Positions 45,504 to 54,963 of a DNA stretch of 64,000 nucleotides are shown piece after piece; the stretch's first letter is position 1, and each line of letters starts with the position of its first letter. Made by a program: the position numbers and the translations under genes. Source of the stretch: Bacteroidota bacterium (GTDB lineage: Bacteria > Bacteroidota > Bacteroidia > Flavobacteriales_D > Sanyastnellaceae). Under the pieces are notes generated by a model, which was not told the origin of the DNA, searched no databases, and saw only the letters and a program-made list of their open reading frames with translations. The stretch covers positions 1,396 through 65,395 of the forward strand of contig VGFR01000001.1 of NCBI GenBank assembly GCA_016868835.1. Reading direction: 5' to 3'.

Positions 45504-46013
45504 TTGCAATTTCATGAGACAAATTTGATTCATAATTTACAATCAACGTGAATTAACATAAATTAGTTTTTACACAACACTATTACATTACTATTTCTTT
45601 TTAATAAAGAATATAATAATAGTAATAGGGGTGTTCATAAGCTGTAAAACTTCCTTCTATTTCATTTTGAAATTTGTTTTTAAACGAATCATTAAATGGT
45701 TTTCAACAATTTTAAACTTATATATCTACTTGTATTCAATGAATTAACAAAATTTCTGAATTTATGTGATTATGATTTCTGTTGAAAAATAAGTATGGTG
45801 AAAATCCACGAATTTGGTTCATGAATGCGTCGAAAATTTGATAGAAAGAGATGAAACAATTTTTTGTAAAATTCATTAGTTTGTCTAATGAGAGAAATTA
45901 ATAGGTTTAACAAATACAGTTTTCAACATTTACAAACAAGAAAGTGACTAATTATTTACCTCTCTGTTAGTAAGTGAAATGGTATTGAAATACCTTGCAG
46001 CAAATTTAAACAA

Positions 46014-46445
46014 GTGGAATTATACATTGGTTCTGATCATGCCGGATATAGCATGAAAGAAGAAATAAAAAATTGGATTCATATCAACTATCCAGCAATT
46101 TCTATTCATGATGAAGGTTGTAATTCAGCAGAGAGTTGTGATTATGCAGATTACGCACATGCTGTAGCAAGTAAAATTATAAATGATTCAAGAGGAATTT
46201 TACTTTGTGGTTCCGCCAATGGTGTAAGTATTGCCGCAAATAAGCATAATGGGGTGCGTGCAGCTCTTTGTTGGAATGAAGAAATAACAAAATTAGCCAG
46301 AGAGCATAACGATGCTAATATTTTATCTATTCCTGCCCGTTATGTAACACTCGAACAGGCTAAAGAAATGGTTAAACTCTTTTTTGAAACTCCATTTGAA
46401 GGAGGAAGACATTTAAGAAGAGTGGAAAAAATTGATATCATATGA
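46014..46445 (+). CDS. rpiB: Ribose-5-phosphate isomerase B
   Basis: GTG start. LYIGSDHAGY, GILLCGSANGVSIAANK and RHLRRV motifs. 143 aa. Confidence 0.9.
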   Translation: MELYIGSDHAGYSMKEEIKNWIHINYPAISIHDEGCNSAESCDYADYAHAVASKIINDSRGILLCGSANGVSIAANKHNGVRAALCWNEEITKLAREHNDANILSIPARYVTLEQAKEMVKLFFETPFEGGRHLRRVEKIDII

Positions 46446-48007
46446 GAAAGACACTATTGACTGTTTACAGTCTTTTGACAGCTTCGTTTGGATTTACTCA
46501 AGTTGTTTTGGATGCTCATGACAAACGTGATTATTACATGAATACCATCACGGTTGAAGAGTTGAAAGAACATCTATATTACCTCGCTGCAGACGAATTT
46601 GAAGGAAGAGAAACGAGTAAACCCGGACAGAAAAAAGCAGCTGCTTTTTTGGAGTCGTATTATAATCAACAAGGTTTGGTCTCTGGATCTTTAAATGGTG
46701 TTCAACAACAGGGCTTTCCATTGAGAAAAAGAAAATTAAACTCCACCACTGTTACGTTATCGAACGGAAAAATATTTAGTGCTGACAAAGATTTATTTTG
46801 TTTAGATGCAGAAGGATTGGAAGGAAAGACAGTGTTTTCTAAAATCATTTTTGTGGGATATGGAATTGATGCAGGAGAAGTGTATAATGATTATTCAAAA
46901 GTTGATGTAAAAAATGCTTTAGTTGTAGTGCGTGATGGAGAACCATTGGATAAAAAAGGTGTTCGTTCAATGCTTTCTACTGATGGTGAGAAATTAACGG
47001 ATTGGAGTTATGACCCTGCATTAAAATTGAATGCCGCTAAAAAACACGGAGCAAAAGCCATTGCTGTTTTAAGAGAAGATTATAAGACGTTTTTACCACG
47101 TATTAAGTTTTGGTTGGAATCTGAAAGAATGGAGTTGACTGAAGACGATAACGAGCAATTAGCTTCGGGTATTCCTTTAATATTTATTTCAAAAGAAACG
47201 GCTAATCTCTGGTTGAACGGTGTGCCAAAGAATAGGAGAAAGAAAGACACAAAGACAAGTGAGTTTCAAGGAGAGCTTCAAATAAATGTTTCAGATGAAA
47301 TTGTAAGTAGTGAGAATGTTTTGGCTTTTATTGAGGGTTCTGACGAAAAGTTAAAGAATGAAATTGTAGTTATTTCAGCCCACTATGATCACATAGGAAT
47401 TGTGAATGGAGAAATAAATAACGGTGCAGATGATGATGGATCAGGTACCGTAAGTGCTATGGAAATTGGGGAAGCTTTTATTCAAGCAAAAAAAGAAGGG
47501 AATGGTCCTAAACGCAGCATTCTCATTTTACACGTTAGTGGAGAAGAAAAAGGTTTATTTGGAAGTGATTATTATACACGCCATCCAGTGTATCCTTTAT
47601 CGAATACAGTCTGCGATTTAAATATTGATATGATAGGTCGTGTAGATGAAACGCATGAGGATGATAGCAACTATATTTATTTAATTGGAAGCGATCGACT
47701 TAGTATGGATTTGCACAGAATTTCTGAAGAGGTGAATAAACAAACGAAGAATATTAAGTTAGACTATACCTTCAATTCGGAAGATGACCCCAATCAATTT
47801 TACTACAGATCAGATCATTACAATTTCGCAAAAAATAATATTCCTGTCATCTTTTATTTCAGTGGTGTGCATGAAGACTATCATAAACCAGGTGATGACG
47901 CTGAAAAAATACTGTATGGAAAAATGACCAATATTGCTCAGCTTATTTTTTCTACAGCTTGGGAGATTGCGAATGCTCCAGAGCGTCTGAAACTTTCTGC
48001 TCAGTAG
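46442..48007 (+). CDS. M28-family aminopeptidase with PA domain
   Basis: Signal peptide. SAHYDHIG, GADDDGSGT, SGEEKGLFGS and DYHKPGDD zinc-ligand motifs. Confidence 0.85.
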   Translation: MRKTLLTVYSLLTASFGFTQVVLDAHDKRDYYMNTITVEELKEHLYYLAADEFEGRETSKPGQKKAAAFLESYYNQQGLVSGSLNGVQQQGFPLRKRKLNSTTVTLSNGKIFSADKDLFCLDAEGLEGKTVFSKIIFVGYGIDAGEVYNDYSKVDVKNALVVVRDGEPLDKKGVRSMLSTDGEKLTDWSYDPALKLNAAKKHGAKAIAVLREDYKTFLPRIKFWLESERMELTEDDNEQLASGIPLIFISKETANLWLNGVPKNRRKKDTKTSEFQGELQINVSDEIVSSENVLAFIEGSDEKLKNEIVVISAHYDHIGIVNGEINNGADDDGSGTVSAMEIGEAFIQAKKEGNGPKRSILILHVSGEEKGLFGSDYYTRHPVYPLSNTVCDLNIDMIGRVDETHEDDSNYIYLIGSDRLSMDLHRISEEVNKQTKNIKLDYTFNSEDDPNQFYYRSDHYNFAKNNIPVIFYFSGVHEDYHKPGDDAEKILYGKMTNIAQLIFSTAWEIANAPERLKLSAQ

Positions 48008-49478
48008 AGTGCAGGAAAAAAAACAAAATAATGAATAGGGTGGAAATACCCACCCCTGGTTGCGTGTTGAGCGTGTCTTCTGTGAAGCAAGAGGTTGTGA
48101 ATATGACCAAAAAACATGACGCTCCAACCATATGGACAACACCCTTTAATCGCTGAAACAAGCCAATTAAGAGGATTAAAAAGAAAATAAGAGATAGTAT
48201 ACCACTATTCAACCAAAGAGTTAAGAATTGATTGTGTGGTTGCTTCGGCATGTTTTCACCTAGTATTTCTAATTTGCTATATTCCTCTTCAAATAGAGAG
48301 CGAGTATTTGTAACTCCTATACCCCCCAGTGGTTGACGGAGTAGAATATTTTTTGTGATATTAATTAAATAAAATCGTTGGAAAATAGAGTGTCCAACTG
48401 ACTTTCCACCACTTTGGAAATTGGTGTATTCAAAATGAATTTGATACGCCCTTTTTTCAAGAGCGTTCCAATTCACTTCGAGGTAATTGGTATATCCGGA
48501 TTTGATATTTAGAATATCAAGATCATTTAATGCAAAAACACCGCTTGCATCTTTAGACAACCCCTTGCTTGTTAGATACCGTATTGTGGTTTGTTTGAGG
48601 GGTTGATTTCGGTCGTCTAAACCCTCAATGTTAGTTCCTGTTCGTTGATGCCAAGATTCTTTTAATTCTACTTCAGCCAAACACGAGTAGGTGAGAAATC
48701 CATTTTCCGAAAAGAAGGGTGAATTATTGATTGTATACGTTTCACCCTTTAGGGTTTCATTATTTTGACAAGTTGGTTTTGGTGATGGTTGATAATAGAA
48801 GGGAAAAAGATAAATGAGTACAACAATAGGCGGAATAAATAACACGAATAGAAAACGAAACTTTTTCAATAATATGAGATAGGTAATACCGCCAATAAGA
48901 AAGAAGAGAAGACCACTAATTGTTGCTGTTATGTACAAGAATAACAGGCTGAGAGTAAGTAAAACGAATGGAACTAAACGATGGAATTGTTTATCAGACA
49001 ATGTATGAAAGAACAATACAGATGCAAGTATTGAGAGCCGTATGTGAGAGATAAGGAAAGAGGCTTTACGCGGATCAGCTAGAGGATAGTGAATTAATCC
49101 ATAAGCAATAGATGCAATGAGCGAGACTACGCACCCAATCACTAATGCGCTCCAAATGAATTTTGTTTCATTTGTTGTGAATGAATTAGGAGAAGAAAAT
49201 AAGAGTGGTGCTATACAAAATGGTAATATGGCTTTTACTTCGTTAAAAACAGCTGAGTCAAAGTGAAAAGCAGCCGAAATTAGAATTGAAAGGAGAAGAA
49301 GAATGAAATATTTTGACTTTGTTAAAGAAGGGTATTTTTTTGTTTTAATAGCAATGGTAATTGTTGCTATAAACAAGAACCCCATTGCAATGGAGGCCCC
49401 GACGTTCCAAATGGGAATAAAGAGAGCCCATAAAGCAAGGGTGAGTGAGATTGGGGACAGAGAAAGTATTTTTCTCAT
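47952..49478 (-). CDS. O-antigen ligase (Wzy_C)-like polytopic membrane protein
   Basis: At least 10 TM segments with a large soluble loop. PHNQFLTLWLNSGILSL resembles the Wzy_C H-N..L motif. Its ATG directly follows the stop of the upstream S41 gene. Confidence 0.55.
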   Translation of the reverse strand: MRKILSLSPISLTLALWALFIPIWNVGASIAMGFLFIATITIAIKTKKYPSLTKSKYFILLLLSILISAAFHFDSAVFNEVKAILPFCIAPLLFSSPNSFTTNETKFIWSALVIGCVVSLIASIAYGLIHYPLADPRKASFLISHIRLSILASVLFFHTLSDKQFHRLVPFVLLTLSLLFLYITATISGLLFFLIGGITYLILLKKFRFLFVLFIPPIVVLIYLFPFYYQPSPKPTCQNNETLKGETYTINNSPFFSENGFLTYSCLAEVELKESWHQRTGTNIEGLDDRNQPLKQTTIRYLTSKGLSKDASGVFALNDLDILNIKSGYTNYLEVNWNALEKRAYQIHFEYTNFQSGGKSVGHSIFQRFYLINITKNILLRQPLGGIGVTNTRSLFEEEYSKLEILGENMPKQPHNQFLTLWLNSGILSLIFFLILLIGLFQRLKGVVHMVGASCFLVIFTTSCFTEDTLNTQPGVGISTLFIILFFFLHSTEQKVSDALEHSQSPKL

Positions 49479-51152
49479 TTATTTTTTATCTGTAGCGACA
49501 GAGGACAGGATAGTTGAGTATTGGCTACTTGACAAAACCTCAGATGATTTTTGAATAAAAAAATCACGATCTAAAGAGTATTCTAGAGCACGAACTTCAT
49601 GAAAATACATTTGTATTATTTTTTTTTCTAATTCGGGAAGGATACGTTTTTTATCAACGAGAAGTGTATTGAGAATTGCACTACATAGAGATTCTTTCAG
49701 TTGGGTTAAGGAATTGCTTACCTCTTGTGTAGAAATAGCGGTAAGACCGTCGGTTAACTTTTTATATCCTTCGAACCATTCAGGAAATATTTTCTCTCCA
49801 TTTTCCGAAGTTAATTTTGCGAACTCAAGATATTCAGTATCTGAAAGCATAAAGTTCATGGAATCGATGGTTTCATGCTTCAACCTGTAATTTACACCGT
49901 AATTGAAGTACGCATAATTCTTGTCAAGAGATTTCAATAAGAGTTGTTTATCTGAAGCGGCTAATTCAACGTCGGGTTGAATACCCCTACCGTCTTTGAC
50001 TACTCGACCATTTTTTGTTTTAAAAAGGCTTTCATTGTGCTCTTCAGTTAACAGAGCTTTTCCATTTTGCTTATTTCCATAATCGAGTTTTTGAATGCAT
50101 CTGCCGCTGGGAGTGTAGTATTTGGCTACGGTGATTTTCATTTTTGAATTGTAACTTAAATCGAGCGTTTGTTGCACCAATCCCTTTCCAAAAGAGTTGT
50201 TACCAATAATAACCGCCCGATCTAAATCTTGAAGAGCTCCGCTAACAACTTCAGATGCTGAAGCTGAGCCCTCATCAATGAGAACCACGATTGGGATTTG
50301 GGTGTCTAAGGGTTCGTTCGATGCTGTGTAAACTTGCTCCCATTCACTGGCCTTACCTCTAGTTTTGGTTATGACTGTTCCTTTCGGAACAAAGAAGTTT
50401 ACAATATTCACCGCCTCCATTAAAAGGCCACCACCGTTTCCCCTTAGATCAAGTATAAGTTGTGTAGCTCCCGCGCCTTTTAATTTTCTAAAGGCAGTGG
50501 CCACCTCATTTGATGCGGTCTGTGTAAAACCATCAAGTTTAATATAACCCGTCTTAAATCCAATGATTTTAGACAAGGGTACATCGGGGTTTTTTATTGA
50601 TTCTCTCGTAAGTGTTATTTGCTGGGGAGTGTTTTCACCTAATTTCTTTACTGTTATTGTTAATTGAGAGCCCGGCGCTCCGGTAATTCCGTCTTCAAGG
50701 TTATCTAAATCTACACCTTGAATACTTTTGTTTCCAATGTGGGTAATGATATCACCAGCTCTAAGCCCGGCCTTGTCTGCAGGAAAACCTTTAAAAACCT
50801 CTAATACGGTATTTTCATTATTAACAAGACTTATTCTACCTCCAATTCCACCATATTTTCCAGTTTGTAAATAAAAAGCATCTTCAATTTTAGATTCAGG
50901 ATAGTATACTGTGTACGGATCAAGGTTCCTTAACATGGCCTGTATAGCTTCAGTAATAACACTACCAGGGGTTGTATTTTCAACGTAGAGCTGATCAACC
51001 TGCTTGTATGCATCAATGAATATTTCAAGCTGTTTATTTATTTCGAAATAATCAGAGGTGGGCTGTGCTTTTAAAGCTTGACCTTGGAACATGAAAACAG
51101 ATAAAATGATACAAATTGCAATTCTATTTAGGTTGGAAATATTGAAGAACAT
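49479..51152 (-). CDS. S41-family peptidase (tail-specific/C-terminal processing protease) with PDZ domain
   Basis: PDZ segment GLRAGDIITHIGN. DLRGNGGGLL, LIDEGSASASE and GKGLVQ catalytic-region motifs. Confidence 0.85.
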   Translation of the reverse strand: MFFNISNLNRIAICIILSVFMFQGQALKAQPTSDYFEINKQLEIFIDAYKQVDQLYVENTTPGSVITEAIQAMLRNLDPYTVYYPESKIEDAFYLQTGKYGGIGGRISLVNNENTVLEVFKGFPADKAGLRAGDIITHIGNKSIQGVDLDNLEDGITGAPGSQLTITVKKLGENTPQQITLTRESIKNPDVPLSKIIGFKTGYIKLDGFTQTASNEVATAFRKLKGAGATQLILDLRGNGGGLLMEAVNIVNFFVPKGTVITKTRGKASEWEQVYTASNEPLDTQIPIVVLIDEGSASASEVVSGALQDLDRAVIIGNNSFGKGLVQQTLDLSYNSKMKITVAKYYTPSGRCIQKLDYGNKQNGKALLTEEHNESLFKTKNGRVVKDGRGIQPDVELAASDKQLLLKSLDKNYAYFNYGVNYRLKHETIDSMNFMLSDTEYLEFAKLTSENGEKIFPEWFEGYKKLTDGLTAISTQEVSNSLTQLKESLCSAILNTLLVDKKRILPELEKKIIQMYFHEVRALEYSLDRDFFIQKSSEVLSSSQYSTILSSVATDKK

Positions 51153-51528
51153 CTTGAATTAAGATTTGTGTTTTTTGATTGATATATGCTTGGTTAGGGA
51201 GGGTTTTACCGGTAAATATAAAAGCTAACGAAATTTGAAGCTGCTTGTTGTTTGCCAATTCTATTATGGGAAACTTTTGATGTCGATACGCTTCGCGAAA
51301 AAGACGTTTTATTCTATTTCTGTCGTGGGCTTTTTTGTATTTCTTTTTTGGAGCGGTGAACATGGCCTTTACATCAGCAGTACCAGGCTCTGCATGGGCA
51401 AGCACAATGATGGCGGGTGTTTTGAAAGCCACCCCTTTTTCATACAAAACCTCTATTGCCTTTTTTTTCTTAAGGCGTTCAGTTTTCTTTAATGAATGAT
51501 TAAGACCACTATTTGAAGAACTGCTCAT
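51124..51528 (-). CDS. rnpA: Ribonuclease P protein component
   Basis: Basic 134-aa protein with LKKTERLKKKKAIEVLYEKG...NRIKRLFREAYR, typical of RnpA. The true start may be internal. Confidence 0.8.
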   Translation of the reverse strand: MSSSSNSGLNHSLKKTERLKKKKAIEVLYEKGVAFKTPAIIVLAHAEPGTADVKAMFTAPKKKYKKAHDRNRIKRLFREAYRHQKFPIIELANNKQLQISLAFIFTGKTLPNQAYINQKTQILIQDVLQYFQPK

Positions 51529-53137
51529 AATTCTCTAGCGCATTAATGGCAGAGGAGACGTCGCGATCAGACGAGTTAATAAATTCAATCATTACCTTTT
51601 CACCGTATATAGAACGGGTGATCTGAGCTTTTATTCTCTCAGAAATAAGCATTCTTATTTTATTTTTTTCGTTTTTACCAACGGTAATGTTTTGTAGTTC
51701 TGCAGCTGTAAAAACTTCTTGTATCAAACCTTCCGGAACACTGTATTTCAGTATGAAGTCATTTGAATCAGAGAATTTTTTTGTAATGCTTTTGTTGTGA
51801 TCCAAGTAATCGAAGCCAACATTTCGAATGATTCCGAAGTTTATAATTTGCGCAAAGTTGTATGAGTTTTTTGTTGAATCATATGGAGCGAAAACATCTG
51901 GAATAATACCCCCCCCTCCGTAAACCACTCTTCCTTTAGGGGTAAGTTTTTTCATGGAGTCATTTTTTACAATTTGTGATTCATTATACATTTCACCTGA
52001 ATTCCACCTGTTACTTGTTTCTTGATGATACAACTCCTTTTGATCATAAGGCTTTTGTATGCATCTTCCTGTAGGTGTGTAATATCGGGCCGTTGTAAGT
52101 CGAATGGCGCTATTGTCGGGTAAAAGAACTTCATTTTGAACCAACCCCTTGCCGAAAGATCGTCTTCCTACAACGAGGGCGCGATCCCAATCTTGAAGTG
52201 CTCCGGCTAATATTTCGCTCGCGGAGGCGCTATTTTCATCAATCAACACCGCTAATTTCATATCAACGAATTCACCTCTTTTCTGAGTCACATAATCTTT
52301 TCTTGGGGAATGTAAGCCTTCGGTATACACCATGAGTTGGCCAGCCTCTAAAAACTCTTCGGTAATTGCAGTTGACTGTTCTAAAAGCCCTCCGCCGTTG
52401 TCTCGTAGGTCTATGATGAGAGAGTTGCACCCATCGTATCTGAGATTACGAACGGCAGATACAAACTCGTTGTAGGTATTTTGACCAAAGCGCTCAAGTT
52501 TTAAATACGCAACGCCAGATTTTATGGCATAGGATGCGGTAACGCTAGGAAGAGGAAGAGCTCCTCGCTGAACGGCAATTCTTAATGTTTCTTTTTTTCT
52601 TTTGATGTCGAGATCAACAGTAGTTCCAGATTTTCCCTTCAGCATTTTCATGACAGATTCATTGGTTAAACCAATACGAGCAATGTTTTTTCCATCGACC
52701 TGTACTATACGATCTCCTGCCTGTAGACCGGCCTGCATGGAAGGGCCATTTTCAACAACCCGGTTTACCATGAGTGTATCTCGAAGTATGATAAACTCAA
52801 TTCCAATTCCGTCATATGATCCATTTAACTCTTCTTGTGCTTGAGCATATTGTTCAGGCGTAAAGTAGCTACTGTGAGGATCTAATCGATTTAATATGGC
52901 CGCAATGGCATCGTCAATTATGAGTTTTTTGTCAACGGTATCAACATAATTTTCCTCAATGAAATCAATCAAGCTAACAAGTTTGTTTGGGTTGTCTTCA
53001 GCGCCGATTTTAATACTTAACAAATTCTTATCGGCTAAAAATATTCCAATTAGAATTCCAAAAATAAGTACCGCAGCATAGTAAAAAGGCTGAAACGGAG
53101 ACTTCCCAGATTTGATATTATCTATATCTTCTGTCAT
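51509..53137 (-). CDS. S41-family carboxy-terminal processing peptidase with PDZ domain
   Basis: N-terminal TM anchor. PDZ segment GLQAGDRIVQVDG. DLRDNGGGLL, LIDENSASASE and GKGLVQ motifs. Confidence 0.85.
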   Translation of the reverse strand: MTEDIDNIKSGKSPFQPFYYAAVLIFGILIGIFLADKNLLSIKIGAEDNPNKLVSLIDFIEENYVDTVDKKLIIDDAIAAILNRLDPHSSYFTPEQYAQAQEELNGSYDGIGIEFIILRDTLMVNRVVENGPSMQAGLQAGDRIVQVDGKNIARIGLTNESVMKMLKGKSGTTVDLDIKRKKETLRIAVQRGALPLPSVTASYAIKSGVAYLKLERFGQNTYNEFVSAVRNLRYDGCNSLIIDLRDNGGGLLEQSTAITEEFLEAGQLMVYTEGLHSPRKDYVTQKRGEFVDMKLAVLIDENSASASEILAGALQDWDRALVVGRRSFGKGLVQNEVLLPDNSAIRLTTARYYTPTGRCIQKPYDQKELYHQETSNRWNSGEMYNESQIVKNDSMKKLTPKGRVVYGGGGIIPDVFAPYDSTKNSYNFAQIINFGIIRNVGFDYLDHNKSITKKFSDSNDFILKYSVPEGLIQEVFTAAELQNITVGKNEKNKIRMLISERIKAQITRSIYGEKVMIEFINSSDRDVSSAINALENYEQFFK

Positions 53138-53574
53138 TGGTAAATTGGATTTCGTTGTACCACCTCAACACCAGCATTTTGAAGAAAATCAATGGCTGTT
53201 CTGTCTTTGTATGCATCTACATATACCATTCGTTTAATTCCAGCTTGAAGAATGAGTTTACAGCAGTCCTTACACGGGCTCAAGGTAATGTAAAGGGTTG
53301 AGCCGAGCGCATTATTTGTTGATTTTGCCACTTTTAAAATGGCATTAGCTTCTGCATGTAACACATACCAATGAGTTTCACCCTGCTCATTTTCGCAACA
53401 GTTCGGAAAACCACTTGGGGTTCCATTGTAGCCATCTGAAATAATGACCCCATCCTTGACTAAAAGTGCTCCAACCTGCTTTCGAGAACAATGAGAGAGT
53501 TTTGCCCACTCCGTTGCCATTCGCAAATACGCAAGGTCATAGCGAAGTTGTTTTTCTTCAGAAACAGAGGACAT
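53134..53574 (-). CDS. dCMP deaminase (ComEB-type cytidine/deoxycytidylate deaminase)
   Basis: HAEANAI and PCKDCCKLI zinc-binding motifs. 146 aa. Confidence 0.9.
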   Translation of the reverse strand: MSSVSEEKQLRYDLAYLRMATEWAKLSHCSRKQVGALLVKDGVIISDGYNGTPSGFPNCCENEQGETHWYVLHAEANAILKVAKSTNNALGSTLYITLSPCKDCCKLILQAGIKRMVYVDAYKDRTAIDFLQNAGVEVVQRNPIYQ

Positions 53575-53587
53575 TTAACGAAGTGTA

Positions 53588-53809
53588 TTAATATTCGTCT
53601 TCGTTAAAAAAGAAGTCTTCTTTGGTTGGATAATCGGGCCAAATGTCTTCAATACTCTCAAAAACCTCTTCATCATCTTCAATTTGTTGAAGATTTTCAA
53701 CTACTTCAAGAGGAGCGCCAGCACGCATGGCATAGTCAATTAACTCTTCTTTCGTTGCAGGCCATGGGGCGTCTTCTAAATATGATGCTAATTCTAAGGT
53801 CCAGTACAT
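53588..53809 (-). CDS. DUF2795-like small acidic protein
   Basis: YLEDAPWPATKEELIDYAMRAGAPLEVVENLQQI fits the DUF2795 pattern. 73 aa. Confidence 0.65.
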   Translation of the reverse strand: MYWTLELASYLEDAPWPATKEELIDYAMRAGAPLEVVENLQQIEDDEEVFESIEDIWPDYPTKEDFFFNEDEY

Positions 53810-53881
53810 AGTAATTCGTATTCGTTCTATTCTTACGCGAAAATAACATTTTTAGAATATGAAGCAAGTATTAAATGCGGT

Positions 53882-54922
53882 CTATTCGGAAATGTTTGTG
53901 TTTACCTCTTGAATTGGAAATCTGCCTTTTTTGAAAACGTTTCGATTTACAGGTTTGTCTTTCCGAATTTTTCGTTGTTCTTCAATGGGAAGATGAGTAA
54001 TTTCCCTGCATGTATCTGAACAGCAATTTTCAAATTGTTCTTTGCATTTCGGACATTGAATGAATAAAATATGACAAGCTAAATTGACGCAATTGGTGTG
54101 TAAGTCAAAAGGGTCACCACACTGATGACAACGGGCAATAATCTCTTCAGAAACACGCTCCGCTAGGCGCTCATCAAAAACAAAATTTACACCCCTGAAT
54201 TTATTTTCCAGATGATTGGCCTTGATGTCACGGGCGTATTTGATGATGCCACCTTCTAAATGATAGACGTTGTCAAACCCTTTATGTTTCATGAAAGCGG
54301 TAGCCTTTTCGCACCGAATTCCCCCGGTGCAATACATAAGCACGTTCTTGTCTTTATCCTTTTCAAGGATTTCTTCAACTACCCTTAACTCTTCTCGAAA
54401 CGTATCAACATCAGGCATGAGTGCTCCTTGAAAATGCCCCACTTCACTTTCGTAGTGGTTTCGCATATCTACTACCACGGTGTTGGGATCGCTCATTTTT
54501 TCATTCCATTCTTCCGCCGTTAAATACTTTCCGGTATTTGAGGGGTCGAATGTTGGGTCGTCAATGCCATCAGCAACAATTTTGTTTCTCACCTTTACTT
54601 TTAGGGCAAAAAATGATTTTCCGTGTTCTACAGCGGTGTTTAAGCGAACACCGTTCAGAAAGGGTATCGCGTATAACTGTTCTACGAATGTGTTGAATTG
54701 ACTTGAGGGGATGGAAATTTGTGCATTAATTCCCTCACTGGCGATATACGTTCTTCCCAAGACCCCCAATTCAGACCACGCTGCATAAAGCGCGTCTCTG
54801 AAGAGTTGTGGCTCTGAGATGGAGTGGTATTTATAGAAGGAAATGGTTGTTCGCTCTACATTTTCTTCGAGCATGCGTTGACGCAGAATGCGCTTATCAA
54901 TGGTATTATGCAGTTTCTTCAT
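53882..54922 (-). CDS. trhO: Rhodanese-domain tRNA uridine(34) hydroxylase (TrhO/YceA, UPF0176)
   Basis: Rhodanese active-site loop YCTGGIRCEK, preceded by a UPF0176 N-terminal domain, plus a Cys-rich C-terminal tail. Confidence 0.8.
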   Translation of the reverse strand: MKKLHNTIDKRILRQRMLEENVERTTISFYKYHSISEPQLFRDALYAAWSELGVLGRTYIASEGINAQISIPSSQFNTFVEQLYAIPFLNGVRLNTAVEHGKSFFALKVKVRNKIVADGIDDPTFDPSNTGKYLTAEEWNEKMSDPNTVVVDMRNHYESEVGHFQGALMPDVDTFREELRVVEEILEKDKDKNVLMYCTGGIRCEKATAFMKHKGFDNVYHLEGGIIKYARDIKANHLENKFRGVNFVFDERLAERVSEEIIARCHQCGDPFDLHTNCVNLACHILFIQCPKCKEQFENCCSDTCREITHLPIEEQRKIRKDKPVNRNVFKKGRFPIQEVNTNISE

Positions 54923-54963
54923 CTGAACAAGTGTATATTATTCGAGAGTTGCAAATTTATTAA

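Noticed and set aside
45699-45937. Direct repeat GTTTTCAACA(a)TTT(t)A(c)AAAC at 45699-45717 and 45919-45937.
   Set aside because: Only a 10-nt exact core is shared. In 480 bp at ~24% G+C, about one such match is expected by chance.
45979-45998. A sigma-54-like promoter (TGGTAT ... TTGCA) upstream of rpiB, considered because rpoN is in the window.
   Set aside because: The GG-to-GC spacing is 16 nt instead of the required 12, and the -24 element reads TGGTAT rather than TGGCAC. TGGCAC strings elsewhere (e.g. near 7965, 10054, 35798) are intragenic and lack a correctly spaced TTGC.
45534-46013. Replication origin (oriC) in the AT-rich gap.
   Set aside because: No match to the DnaA box TTATCCACA. 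The closest, AAATCCACG near 45801, has 3 mismatches. There is no box cluster and no dnaA or dnaN nearby.
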